In this document: piece by piece, positions 39,678 to 51,072 of the stretch
How positions within the stretch are numbered: the stretch's first letter is position 1
Layout of the letters: each line of letters starts with the position of its first letter
Origin: a virus
Lineage: Duplodnaviria > Caudoviricetes
Direction: 5' to 3' (one strand)
Length of the DNA: 64,000 nt
Virus record (IMG/VR): IMGVR_UViG_3300028048_000130
Location: 7,727 to 71,726 of that record
Made by a program: the position numbers and the translations under genes
Notes under the pieces: model-generated
The model's input: only the letters and a program-made list of their open reading frames with translations
What the model was told of the DNA's origin: nothing
The model's database searches: none

Positions 39678-41590
39678 TTTATCTGCTTAGCATAGTATCT
39701 ACGCTTATGCTCTGCCTTTCGTTCTGTAGACCATTTACTAATTTTAGTAAGATAACCAATAATACGAGTCATATAATCTATATTCTCTGAGCCGCACTTT
39801 GGGCACTTCTCGAGAGTGTGCTTACTAATAAAACCGCAATCATTACAAATTGTATTAGCCACATTGAACGTGAAATATGGAGTTCCTTCTTTCATGGCTA
39901 GGTTTAGTAAGAACTTATACTGCTCTTTGGATAGGTGATCGCTAAGATTGCAGTGAAGCGCGGAACCACCGTCAAGTTTTGAAGTAAACTGCTTACCATG
40001 CAGCCGGAACTTATCTACTGGTGAGGTTGACTCATCCTCAACAACATAGAAATAAGAGTTATAGCAGTCGCGGGGTACAAAATATCCATCTGCGCGGTCC
40101 CAGGCAGCATTCTTCACGCCGAGATTTTCAGCGGGGACGAATTCAGTATTGAACATAACTTCTTTCGTTTTGGCCTTTTTATTAGCCTCATAAATAGGCT
40201 CAAGAATGGCGTTCATAAAGGCCTTATAATCTTCGTTGTCACTAATAGCGATACCTAGCGATTCCGCGGCTTCAACCGCACCGTTAATACCAATAGTTAG
40301 ATATTGCTTCTCAGGCGTAACAAAACCAGCATCATAAATCGGGATCATATGATTGTGATACATTTCCATGAGAATGGAGTTAAAAGCAAGCAGATATTTA
40401 TGTACTTTTTCAACTTGTACACTAACTGCTTTTGAAATCCATATTAGTTGATCTTCTTTCTTATCTGGATTTAATCCGTTTAATTCACTAGCATGCTCTG
40501 GATCGTCTGCTTTAGTATACATATCTTCGATCGCATTTTGTACAAGGCGATTAAGGTTAATTGTCATGACGCACTTGCTACCTGTAGAAACTCCGCCCGC
40601 GCCAAGTGTATAAGAAAAGGTATTTTCAGTTATGCCATTACGCAGTCGGCAACAACTTGCTAACGAGTCTACACTATCACTGATATAGGTAAAGAATGAA
40701 TGACCTTCGGAATACATTTCCGCGGCAAAATCGTACCAATCTTCGTCCAGGAATTTTTCGCCATTGTGGAGAAGGCTTAACGTTTCTACTGGGAAGGTCA
40801 ATGGACTAGTTAATCTCTCGTGATTAAACCATTTCATAAATCTTTTCTGAAGCCAACTGACGGATTCCCATTTCATTGTGTCTCCATCGGGAAAAGCGAA
40901 ATCCTCAAAAAGAGACTCGAAATAATTTTTATCGAAATAGGCTACATTCCAGAACACACTTTGGAAGCCTCGCGCGCCGGCAGGCTGATTTAAAGAATAG
41001 ATAACTTGCTCAAAAGACTGCACAAGAATATCATTTACAGTTTCATTGGTAAGCGAATTAACAATCTTATTTGGATTCTTATAGTAGTCTTCTCCATATT
41101 CTTTACGAATAAAGTGGTCCATATAAGCTAGGAATTCTGGAGTGGCTACTGCACCGCATAACTCTGACGCTACCGCAAATACCAGATTAATAAAGCCGCC
41201 AAGATATGAACGTAGGTGATGCGGCGGTTTACTTGTACCACATATTGTAGTCATTCCATTTACAAGAAATGGATAAAGTGTGATGCTCGCGCAGTAAGGC
41301 GTTCCTATTGGTAAGGTCTCATCATGTCTATAAATTTCATGGTCTTCAAGCTGTCGGATATACTCGTCTGCAAGCTCTTTACCATAAAGCTCTGTAATAC
41401 GATCATGCATCCATAACCGATTAGCAAAAATATTATCCTTTTTGTGAATTTCAGGCGCCATTGTAGCAATGTTTTTACTAGAGACATTACTGTTTGCGTC
41501 AACTTCACTTCCGCTAGCAGCATTGGCGGCCTTTAAATATTGTTTAATAAAATCGATGTCTTTTCTATATTTTTCGTACTTTTCAATCAT
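39674..41590 (-). CDS. nrdD: Class III anaerobic ribonucleoside-triphosphate reductase
   Basis: SCCRL, PAENL, C-terminal CNDCG/CPKCG Zn site and RIIGYL glycyl-radical motif. Confidence 0.93.
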   Translation of the reverse strand: MIEKYEKYRKDIDFIKQYLKAANAASGSEVDANSNVSSKNIATMAPEIHKKDNIFANRLWMHDRITELYGKELADEYIRQLEDHEIYRHDETLPIGTPYCASITLYPFLVNGMTTICGTSKPPHHLRSYLGGFINLVFAVASELCGAVATPEFLAYMDHFIRKEYGEDYYKNPNKIVNSLTNETVNDILVQSFEQVIYSLNQPAGARGFQSVFWNVAYFDKNYFESLFEDFAFPDGDTMKWESVSWLQKRFMKWFNHERLTSPLTFPVETLSLLHNGEKFLDEDWYDFAAEMYSEGHSFFTYISDSVDSLASCCRLRNGITENTFSYTLGAGGVSTGSKCVMTINLNRLVQNAIEDMYTKADDPEHASELNGLNPDKKEDQLIWISKAVSVQVEKVHKYLLAFNSILMEMYHNHMIPIYDAGFVTPEKQYLTIGINGAVEAAESLGIAISDNEDYKAFMNAILEPIYEANKKAKTKEVMFNTEFVPAENLGVKNAAWDRADGYFVPRDCYNSYFYVVEDESTSPVDKFRLHGKQFTSKLDGGSALHCNLSDHLSKEQYKFLLNLAMKEGTPYFTFNVANTICNDCGFISKHTLEKCPKCGSENIDYMTRIIGYLTKISKWSTERKAEHKRRYYAKQIK

Positions 41591-41795
41591 GTAAAAGCCC
41601 CTCCTGAAGCTTCTTAAGAGCCTGTGGATAATTCAATCTAGTGCCATCATTTAGCTCAACAGTAGGAACGGTAAAAATATCCTTTTTTACTATCTCTTCA
41701 GGATCACGGCATTCTTCAAAATTAATGTCCTGTTCTTTAAGTTTATTTTTTAGAAATGAACATTTCGGGCAATTTTCAGTAGAGTAAATAATCAT
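41583..41795 (-). CDS. Glutaredoxin-like protein (NrdH-like)
   Basis: YSTENCPKC active site and TVPTV; adjacent to nrdD. Confidence 0.75.
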   Translation of the reverse strand: MIIYSTENCPKCSFLKNKLKEQDINFEECRDPEEIVKKDIFTVPTVELNDGTRLNYPQALKKLQEGLLHD

Positions 41796-41797
41796 GA

Positions 41798-42010
41798 TTA
41801 ATTTTCTCCTTTTCTAAAGCCGCATATCGGACATATTCCGCTATACTGATTAATTAAAGGATCATGGCGACATCTAGCTTGATTCTCTTTTATTTTTTCT
41901 CGTATTTCAAAAACGTCATTTTTCCTATCCATAGTAGAAAGAGCGACTCTGAGTTCTTCATCAAGCCGCTCTTTTGTTTTCCTAATTTCATTATCAGTCA
42001 TATTCTCCAA
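41798..42010 (-). CDS. Small protein with C-terminal Zn-ribbon
   Basis: CRHD...CPICG. Confidence 0.55.
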   Translation of the reverse strand: MENMTDNEIRKTKERLDEELRVALSTMDRKNDVFEIREKIKENQARCRHDPLINQYSGICPICGFRKGEN

Positions 42011-43092
42011 ACTTTCCTTTCTCTTAAATTTGCGTAAGATTGTTTGAATAGCCCACTAGCATTTGGGAAATATTTTAAAACAATATCACGCTGGTCACGC
42101 AAATATGCATTTTTCTTATTGGAAATTTTCCCGCGTCCTTCTAGCCGCTCATCCATTGTAGTATATTTATCAAAAAAATTGTCTCCATTTATCCATTTCA
42201 CAATTTCTTTTTCGAGGTCTTGGATTGGATTTGTGTTGTCTTCTGAATATACGAATTTTGTTTTTATTGGGATATCGCTACTCCAAAATGAATATAATAG
42301 ATTTATTTTATAAACTAAATCTTTATAGTAATCATAGGAGGTTTTGCATGTACCGCCTAATTCTAAATATACCGTTGACGTTTTTGTTACATCCGCTAAA
42401 AATTTATTTTTATACTTTTTTAGCATGAACGCAACATCCGTTAGAGGAATATTAATATCCAGTATGAAAGTTGATGCGCGCGAAAACCTATTAAAATTCC
42501 GTATTGTAAAATAATCAGCTAACGTCCTACAGTATACTGGATGAATTGGAACAATCATACTTGGATTACGTTTTACGATATTTTGTAACACATCCTGCCA
42601 ATCATCGTAGAAAATGTCTCTATCAAACAAATAAACTCTTTTCTTTGCGATTATTGGAGGTATTGGCAATTTGTTATCATTTGCCCGCATACGATAATAG
42701 CTATCATCCAGCACATGATTAATTGCTTTTATCTTCGCACCAGCCTGAAAACGTTGCTTTAATATTTCCTTATATACGAATGGCTTTGCAATAGTGTAAT
42801 CAATTATTTCATTTTCAAAAGGTTGATATTTACCTTTTGTGAAAGCGCTGCCGCCATAAGCTACATTTTCAGCCGCGCGAAAAGCATCAGGAACATTTAT
42901 CTCTCTATTAATTTCGCTGAAGAAATAAATTTTATCATAAGCCCCTAATTCAGTTTCATTCAAATCAATTAAGCGGCAAAAAGTATTTTCTTCTTGCCGA
43001 TAATACGTGGCTAATTTCATAATCTCTAGATTAGGGATCATGTAAGATTGAGAAGATTGAAGGTCGTAATCTACTAAACCTATGATTTTAAT
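41998..43092 (-). CDS. Hypothetical protein with radical-SAM-associated-type N-terminus but no CxxxCxxC; start probably non-ATG upstream of 43041
   Basis: PNLEIMKLATYY, YDKIY and YGGSAF segments; frame open upstream as ATT-AAA-ATC-ATA-GGT (IKIIGLVDYD) behind GGAGG. Confidence 0.55.
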   Translation of the reverse strand: MKIIGLVDYDLQSSQSYMIPNLEIMKLATYYRQEENTFCRLIDLNETELGAYDKIYFFSEINREINVPDAFRAAENVAYGGSAFTKGKYQPFENEIIDYTIAKPFVYKEILKQRFQAGAKIKAINHVLDDSYYRMRANDNKLPIPPIIAKKRVYLFDRDIFYDDWQDVLQNIVKRNPSMIVPIHPVYCRTLADYFTIRNFNRFSRASTFILDINIPLTDVAFMLKKYKNKFLADVTKTSTVYLELGGTCKTSYDYYKDLVYKINLLYSFWSSDIPIKTKFVYSEDNTNPIQDLEKEIVKWINGDNFFDKYTTMDERLEGRGKISNKKNAYLRDQRDIVLKYFPNASGLFKQSYANLRERKVWRI

Positions 43093-46000
43093 CAGCCTCC
43101 AATCTTTCCCATTGATACTCTAACGTATCATTGTCTGTGTTTATTATTTTCATTATAACTGGATAAATGGACGATTTTGTTTTCCTAGGAATGAAATTAT
43201 GATCTCGCCTGATACCTTGAATACGTAGTAACGTCCCGCGCCGGAACCATGATTTTTCCAGAGTATGTTTTTTACCATCTTCTCCAATTTGTGAAATTTG
43301 TTTGTCGTATAATGCAAATTGATTTTTATAAATTTTTACTGGAACAACACCGGTTGGAGTAAGTAAAGTTATTAGTTTTTTTTTCTTGTCTTTATCAATA
43401 ACTGTACCAATTATTGTATGAATTTTATAAACCTGTACTAAGCGGCCATCCTTCGCATAAAATTCATATTCAACTTCCGGATCTTCTGGTAGCTTGTTAA
43501 AATCATCAAATGATTCTTGAAAATTCGCAAGTTCATGATCATGATAATAAAAACTAAGAGATTCCATTTCCCAACTGCTAATATTACCCATCGCGTACTT
43601 TTCTTTAACTTCATTATACAATGAACTATTTATTTTTTCAAGTATTTCGCTTTGATTCTCTTTTAGGTAGGCGCGCATGGGATCCATTGCTTTTTTATAA
43701 AGATTGTCCCAAGTTTTTTGCAGAATTTTGTCTCCATCTTCTGTATAATCGAGACTAAAGTTTTTATCAATAAACTTAATCGCGGCTTCATTTAGCTGAT
43801 AATAGATGCCATCTTTATTTGTCTTTAAGAATTTATTAAAAAGATAAAGTTTCTTATAAAGTATCATAGATTCGGGAATTAATTCTTTATCAATCAACAT
43901 TTGCATATTTTGTAATGTTAATCTCATTTTCTTATCAGCAATTTTATTTAAGTAGTCGCGCATTATTTCTAATCTATCTCCACTGCTGACCCCATCAAAT
44001 GCTCCAGATTTTATCAAATATAATAATTGCAACTTATTTGTCTTTATCTTACTATTAAAATCGTCAATTGATGTATAAGGTCGATTACTAATAATCTCTT
44101 TAATCAAGTCATCTGAAATTCTCGTTATGCCACGTAAACCGTAAGTTATTGTATTATTTTTTTCGTCTGGTGTAAAAGTATACTTTGAGAAGTTAATGTC
44201 CGGCGGCAAAACCTCTATGCCATAAGACTTAAACCTGTTAATAGCAGTGCTTATCTTTCCATAATCTACTGTTTTTTTAACTTTCTTTACATTACCACTT
44301 GCATCTTTTATCTCAATATAATCATAACCATCGTAATCATCTGCGTCATAGCTGTCTGTGTCGTCTTCTGCCGAATCTTCGTCTATATCTGCGTCTTCAT
44401 AAGACTCTTCCGTGTCTTCCATCTGCGCGAATGACGCGCTATCAACAATCAGATTCGCTGTATTCCAATATATTAATGGATAAAACCTAGCCAAGTTCAT
44501 CTCCTGAAGTCCGATTAATGAGTACGAGAGGCAATGACTCAAGTTGAAAGAATAACCAAACTGACAGCTAATAAGTTTTTCAAGAACATACGTTACTAGC
44601 TTTTTGTCGCAGCCCTTTTCTTCTGCATTCTTATAATACTCTTCTCGAATCTTCGCGAGTTCTGCTGGTTTCTTTTTCGCGATGCCTTTACGCATACGGT
44701 CTGCCCACGCGAGAGAATTACCGCCACATTTCTCTTCTTGCACTAGAATCATCGCAGATTCTTGGCTTTCGCACATTCCTTGAGTAATTGCTGGATGATG
44801 GGCCAGCCATTGGACATCTTCTTCTTTTAAGCCATATTCGCGCATTTCATCGTACCATTGGGTAATATCCTCTCGATATCTTGCCCAGGTATCTAGCGGT
44901 TGTTCCGCACCCTTTTCACTCGCCATTAGACGAATAACAGAGTTAAGAACTGCTAATTCTTCTACACTTTTTGGCTTAATCAGTTTTATCCCCTTAATTC
45001 CGCTATCTTGTTCCATTTGAAACAATGAAATTACTTTACCATTCCATATATTTTCCCACATCTTAGGGTCGTCTCGGTTAATATTATATGGTCCTAAGAA
45101 TTTAAAATAGCGTTCTTTTAGAGATAGATTTTTATCAATATACCCTGCCTCGGTTAAAAGATCAAGACAAGTTCTAATTCGTACTAGACCTTCAGTTGCA
45201 AGCATATCAATTTTTACATCACTTAATTCTTCGCTTTGGTGAAGATCATATGCTGTAACATAGTCTCCACTTTTTAATTTCATTAAAGAATTTGTTTTTG
45301 TTATATCTTCATCATAAATAATAACTCCACCCGCATGAGAGGATTGGCCAGTTACTAATCCTTCAATTCTTTGCGCGACTTCCCATAGATTAGGATACTT
45401 ATTTATTTCTGCAACAAATGTTTTATTTGACTGAAAATCTTTTTCAGGATTTCCATAATAAGTATCATGCAACGAACGTTGCTGTCCTCTATCGGATTCG
45501 ATCATTGACGCTAGAAAAGACCCAACATCATTATCAATTTCTAGTCCACGACAGGCAGTTAATATCGCAGATTTGCTTGCTTCTGTTTTTTTGGTCATGA
45601 CTCGTACGACGTTGAACTCTCCGTATTGCTTTTGTAATGCGGCTATGACTTGATTTCTGTGAGTGGATTCGACATCTGTGTCTATATCGAGTATACTTGC
45701 CCTTTGGGGGTTGATACGAGATTGTCCTATTTTTCAATAAGCTCTGACTATATCATCTATCTTCTACATTTTTATGAACTCTATGATTAGTATCGATGCC
45801 AAACTCTTTTAAATTATTACTTACTGTCGTAAGAGTAACACCCAACTGTTCCGCTGTTTTCTTAGCATTGCAATTATTTTCTTTATATAATTGCAATAAT
45901 AAATTTTTATCTTTTATTTTCCGTTGAGTGTTAGTCATAATGCCTTGTTCTTTTAATTTTCTAGAAATAAAAGCTCTAGAAAGATTTAGCTGTTCACTAA

Positions 46001-48101
46001 TCTTCTGTATACTAAGGCCACTCTTATACAGATCTATAATTTGAGGAATTACTTCTTCCTCTAGTCTGCCGTACTTTTGTTCCCATTGGGTATATATATG
46101 AACATTTAGCATATTAAACAATTGCATAACGGTTTGACTGTCATGACCAAATTTTTCAGATACCTTAGATATTACTTTAACTTCTGAATAGTATTGAATC
46201 ATTTCTTCGGCTTCTTCATCATTTATTCTTTGTTTCCCGTGACCACCTATCGTTTCATTATAACCCTTTTTATATGAGTCATAATATTTTATCCAGTACT
46301 GCTCACGTTCATCAAGTTGACCAATTTCCAAACCGCTTTCAATACATTCAAACTTAAAATTTTCGTATCCGTATTTGTTTAATGCATGAACAATTGCTAT
46401 CTTTGGCGCGTATGATTTTCCTATTATATTTCTATAATATTTCCATCTACGCGCACAAGTATCATATATAGTTTGCCCAATATATACTTTACTATTTATA
46501 ATATTCGTTATTTTGTAGATACAAGCCAAAAGATCATCTCCTTCTTTTGCACTTGTAGAAGATAGCTGGATGCTTCGAAGTGTGCTAATCTCACTCCTAC
46601 TCGGCTACATTCATCGCCGATAGTCGATACACCTTCCTAATTAATTGATTAGGCTCGGCACGGGATTGTCATATCAAAAGACTTAGATTTCCCCGTTAGC
46701 ATGAATAAATTCATACACCGCTTTTGCTTGCGTTCTTCCAGTTTTACGAGGTCTATTTTCCCTAAACCTCCAAGGTTTCATTGGGGCTTTTTCGGCCAGC
46801 GGATTGATTTGCGTGATGCCAAGCATATAATTTAATGTTTCGGACACTGCGCTTCCGCGGCCTGGCGCGATAATTGTGTTACCGTCTCGCCAGATGATTT
46901 CAATATAATCTGCCATTTGAAGCAGATATTTTGTCCACTTCATTTTCTGAGTTTCTGAGGATATCCATAGATAATCTAGTTCTAGTGATAGTCGCTCGAT
47001 ACTTTCTGGCCTAAACCAAAAATCTCTATCAAACCATTCATCGCCTTTTTCCATAAAAGAAACAATACGATTTATAAAGATTCGATCACTTGCTTCAGGA
47101 GATTTTAAAAACCTTAAGAATTTTTCATTATCTTTTAGTTCCTCTGGCAAATCCGTTCTTTCTTCTGTATGAAGAGGAATGAATGGCAATTTAAATGGTT
47201 TCTTTAACGAATACTCTTCAATTTGATCTCCAATTAAACAAGTATTCTTTAAACACTCATTTACTTTTTCTGCGCCAATATTACTGTCCAAATAACTATG
47301 AATTTCTTCTTCAGACATCGTATAGGCTGATGCATAGAAATCATCTACTTCTCGATCGCCATCTTTACTATTGAGAAAAGCACGCTGAAGTGGAAGATCT
47401 TCTGCTCGTAGCATATGGCTATCTGTAGTTATAATTGCCTTCGCGCCGGTTTCCTCAGAAAGTTTTAGTAACATTTTATTTACTTTTAATTGATCTCTCT
47501 GTTTAGAAGGCTGTAGCTCCAGGTAAAAGTTATTATAACCAAAAACTTTTTGAAGAAACTCAACAAATGAATGAATCTTCTCTTGAGGTTCGCCCGCGAG
47601 AAGCATCTTATCGATCATTGATCCAAGACATGCAGAACTTCCAATAATATGACCGCGATCTTGTCCAATTATTTGTTTTAAATCTGCAAAATAAATCAGC
47701 GGCCGAACCATATTATTTTTAACAAAGCTTCTTTTATAAGCTATTGTAGAAAGTTGTCTTAATTGTTCGTGACCTTTTTCATCCTTAGCTAATAAAATAA
47801 AATGATAAAAATAATCAACACCGCGCTCAAAGTTATCTGCATTCAAGCCATTACGACATAGATATATTTCATTACCTCTTATGAGCTTAAACTTCTGCCA
47901 ATTTGAGTCTTCTTGTCTTTTTTTCTCAATAAAATTTTCTGCGGTTACATGGGCACTTAAGCTTTCGTGATCGGTTATTGCTAAACCAGAAGCTCCTAAT
48001 TCAAATCCTCTCTCAAGAAGTGGCCCCACTCGATTAATCGTATCAATTAATCGAGTATTAGAGCCCTCATCATCATGATTATGTAAAAGATAATAACTCA
48101 T
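43088..48101 (-). CDS. dnaE: DNA polymerase III alpha subunit (family C), spliced: complement(join(43088..45716,46765..48101)), about 1,321 aa
   Basis: PHP motifs, GRGSA, restored WRF|INPQRASILDIDTD catalytic segment, SHAGGV, KIDML, YSFNLSH and C-terminal OB-fold. Confidence 0.92.
45717..46764 (-). mobile_element. Group I intron 4 (1,048 nt) in dnaE; ORF in P8 loop
   Basis: P1 AGGUU|UA / UAGACCU with U.G; CTAACGGGGAA, AATCCCGTGC, R GTATCGACTA, S GATATAGTCA; P8 CTATCTTCTACA/TGTAGAAGATAG flanks the ORF; terminal G 45717. Confidence 0.9.
45753..46529 (-). CDS. Intron-encoded GIY-YIG homing endonuclease with C-terminal HTH repeats
   Basis: CIYKITN..KVYIGQT, LDEREQYWI, GYNETIGG; RBS AAGGAG, TTG start. 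Confidence 0.88.
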   Translation of the reverse strand: MACIYKITNIINSKVYIGQTIYDTCARRWKYYRNIIGKSYAPKIAIVHALNKYGYENFKFECIESGLEIGQLDEREQYWIKYYDSYKKGYNETIGGHGKQRINDEEAEEMIQYYSEVKVISKVSEKFGHDSQTVMQLFNMLNVHIYTQWEQKYGRLEEEVIPQIIDLYKSGLSIQKISEQLNLSRAFISRKLKEQGIMTNTQRKIKDKNLLLQLYKENNCNAKKTAEQLGVTLTTVSNNLKEFGIDTNHRVHKNVEDR

Positions 48102-48121
48102 ACTTCACCTCATTCAGTAAT

Positions 48122-48150
48122 ATTATACTATAAACTGAGGAGAAAATCAA
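48122..48150 (-). promoter_or_regulatory. Sigma-A-type promoter for dnaE
   Basis: TTGATT-17-TATAAT then GAGGTG RBS. Confidence 0.8.
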
Positions 48151-49923
48151 CTAAAACTCATATCTACTTTTATCATACCCTAGCTCATAGTCATTAATAA
48201 AACCTTGAACAGTGGTGCGGCCGCCCCAGTTATTTATGTTTGCTTTAAAGTAAATAGTTAATAACTTATTTTGACTATTCATAATCTTCTCTACAAACTC
48301 AGCGTCCTTAAAGCGAATATAGTCAATTCCATTGTAAGTAATGCGTAAACTATCTTTGTTTGTGCCCATAGGAAATAACGTTGCATTCTTTAATGGAATT
48401 TTCTCAACAACGAATGTTGGTTCGGTAACACCATTTCCATAGTAATCAGCATGACTTGCCAGCGCATATAGTAAATCATTGATGTCTTCGTCCGCTTTAA
48501 AAATGTAATCAACTAAATAGCAATTATCAAATGCATCCGGCGCGAAGCTCTTATTCATATACTCAAGCAGTGCGGGAACTTTTGACGCCGCGATGCCTAG
48601 CCCAGCGGCGTTAGCGTGCCCGGCAATCAGGGAGAACAAATGTGTCTGCTCCAATACGGGTTTCAACTGCGGAAGATCTTTGAAGTTTCCATTATTTCGT
48701 AAGGAGCCACGTAGTATTCCATCATTATCTCGCCGTACAATAAAGCATGGCTTATTATATTTCGTTACAATATTTTGCGCGATTAAGCCTGTCATTTCAT
48801 TTGGGATATCATCTGATTTAGAAATTTCGACAATAATTAAATTATTTTTATCTAAACCATTATCCTCAATTTTTCCAACAATTGTTTCAATTGCTTTTTC
48901 TTTAATACGGTCTTGCCGCGCTTTTACGTTTTTTGCTGTGCGCGCAGCCTGCTCAGCTGCAGTTTCAATGTCTCCAGGCTTAGCACCGCGTTTTGTACTT
49001 TGCAACTGCTTATCCGGGTCAGTTAGCGCATAGAATAAAACTCTCTTTTCTTCCATACTGCCGACTCGTACAATAGCATTTACAAGCGGCACAATATAAA
49101 AAGCAACGTCAATTGGAGTAAGTGAATATGGCGGGTTCGCGCGCTCCTTTAAAGAAAAGGCTTGTGCGGCTATTAGCTCTTGAAGCCCTCCATTCTTTAT
49201 ATGCTTTAATCCTTCAACAATAATGTAACGCGTTTCTGGGTCACCTTGGAACATAACGTCTCCAATGTTGCCTACTGCGGCAAGATCAATATAATCTTTG
49301 CTATAAGATACGCCTAGCTTATCATCTAGCACATTACAAAATCTATAGGTGACTCCAGCCCCGCAGAAATCTTTATTTGCATATTTTGGAGAAAGTTGAT
49401 TATTGACTACAACAGCAGTTGGACAATCGTTTACAATTGGCGCGCCTTTTGTATTATACATTTGCTCATGATGGTCTAGAGCAATTACGTCTGTATTACA
49501 TTCGTTCAGAACCCAAAAATATTTAATATCATAGCTACCTGCATCGGGGAGAATGACTAGATCAAACTTACCTCCGCCGACTTGTTCTATAACATCACTT
49601 AAACCATGCCCTTTACCTTCATGTACAACGAAGTCTAAGTTAATGGTATTATCAAGACGCTTTAAATAATTCCATAGTATCGCAGAAGAACAGTAACCAT
49701 CATCATCGCAATCTACTACTATGCAAATTTTACGTTTCTTTTGTACATGCCTAATAAGTAGATCGGCCGCGACATCGATGTTTTCTAAATCATATGGATT
49801 GTTTTCACATTGAGCACTAGGCTTTACATAACTAGATGGATCTTTAACCCCACGATCCTTTAGAATATCGATAATTGCTTGTTCTGGGTTTCTACTAAAA
49901 TTTTCTTTTAACTTATATTCCAA
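48151..49923 (-). CDS. recJ: RecJ-like DHH ssDNA exonuclease
   Basis: DCDDDG, LPDAG, ALDHH, GNIGD and AGHANAAG motifs. Confidence 0.9.
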   Translation of the reverse strand: MEYKLKENFSRNPEQAIIDILKDRGVKDPSSYVKPSAQCENNPYDLENIDVAADLLIRHVQKKRKICIVVDCDDDGYCSSAILWNYLKRLDNTINLDFVVHEGKGHGLSDVIEQVGGGKFDLVILPDAGSYDIKYFWVLNECNTDVIALDHHEQMYNTKGAPIVNDCPTAVVVNNQLSPKYANKDFCGAGVTYRFCNVLDDKLGVSYSKDYIDLAAVGNIGDVMFQGDPETRYIIVEGLKHIKNGGLQELIAAQAFSLKERANPPYSLTPIDVAFYIVPLVNAIVRVGSMEEKRVLFYALTDPDKQLQSTKRGAKPGDIETAAEQAARTAKNVKARQDRIKEKAIETIVGKIEDNGLDKNNLIIVEISKSDDIPNEMTGLIAQNIVTKYNKPCFIVRRDNDGILRGSLRNNGNFKDLPQLKPVLEQTHLFSLIAGHANAAGLGIAASKVPALLEYMNKSFAPDAFDNCYLVDYIFKADEDINDLLYALASHADYYGNGVTEPTFVVEKIPLKNATLFPMGTNKDSLRITYNGIDYIRFKDAEFVEKIMNSQNKLLTIYFKANINNWGGRTTVQGFINDYELGYDKSRYEF

Positions 49924-49929
49924 AATACT

Positions 49930-51072
49930 TCACCTTATTTTTACCCTTGTTTTATATAATTGTTCAAAAACTTCTTTACCTCTATCAAAAGGAGAATCTT
50001 TTTCTTTCAATAAATTATTATAATCCCATATATATGAAAACGAAGCTAAGTTCGTGTATTTTTTACACATTGATTCTATCTTATTTCGATATTTTGTTGC
50101 TTTTTCGCTCCAGCAATTGGTATACTCTTTATCAAACGCAACTGTGATTTCATTTACTCCCAGATAATCAGTAAGTAAACTGATATGATATTTATTAAAG
50201 TTGGAGCCACAACAAGCCACTGTATTCGCATACTTACCATAATATACACTATCTAATAGAACAGACTTTTCCCCTTCTACTATTATTGCGGAGCGTCTTG
50301 TGCGTATTCCTTTGGCATGTTCGTATATACCATACAAATTAAATTGCAATGGATGAGTGTACATTATATTTCCAATCTGAAGAGGCCGGTACTTTCCAAA
50401 CTCCTCTATCTCTTCTGGGTCAAGAGTTCGCGCGCGAATGCCTACTAAACGATTATCAATATCAAAATGCGGAATTATAATTTTATTTTGAGCTATTGAG
50501 AATCCGATATTGAATTTATCCATTACTTCTTTTGTAATGCCTTCACGCAACCAAGTCGGATGATAATATTTTGTGAAATAAGTAAGAATCTTTTTTGGAT
50601 ATTCCTCTAGTTGAGGAATATTATTTGAGTATCTATATTTATCAATATCATAAAGATAAGAATAATTTTTAGTTGTAGAAACTGTACTGATATGCTTTAA
50701 ACATTTCTTAACATATTCTTCTGCTTCTTCATCACTAATATTTAAGTTGCTATTAATCCACATAAACTTCTGATACAACTTAAATATCGTCATGTTTTCA
50801 TTGCACTCAGTATAACAATGAAAACTTTTATTTTGCTGATACCAATACAACTTCATTGATTCCGCTTCTTCCAACGGATTATGACATATGGTAGGGCAAA
50901 CGAGATAGCCTTTCTCGTTATTAACTATAATTTGATCTACTCCTAAGCTTTCAAGAAAGAACTTCACATCTTCTAATGTTATAGAATTAAAGATATCTCT
51001 TTTCGAGACTCCTATATAATCAAGTTCTGGGTCTTGTAAACTTAAGCTAGTAATCATACTGAATCCTTCCAC
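49930..51072 (-). CDS. dnaG: DNA primase (Zn-binding + TOPRIM)
   Basis: CPTICH...HCYTEC Zn module, VGIRAR, IIVEGEKS and AFDKE; true start may be a few codons downstream. Confidence 0.82.
   Translation of the reverse strand: MEGFSMITSLSLQDPELDYIGVSKRDIFNSITLEDVKFFLESLGVDQIIVNNEKGYLVCPTICHNPLEEAESMKLYWYQQNKSFHCYTECNENMTIFKLYQKFMWINSNLNISDEEAEEYVKKCLKHISTVSTTKNYSYLYDIDKYRYSNNIPQLEEYPKKILTYFTKYYHPTWLREGITKEVMDKFNIGFSIAQNKIIIPHFDIDNRLVGIRARTLDPEEIEEFGKYRPLQIGNIMYTHPLQFNLYGIYEHAKGIRTRRSAIIVEGEKSVLLDSVYYGKYANTVACCGSNFNKYHISLLTDYLGVNEITVAFDKEYTNCWSEKATKYRNKIESMCKKYTNLASFSYIWDYNNLLKEKDSPFDRGKEVFEQLYKTRVKIR

Noticed and set aside
43088-48101. dnaE as a pseudogene, split gene or intein-containing gene
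   Set aside because: Interruption has complete group I pairings and restores the frame; no Cys/Ser...His-Asn intein ends.
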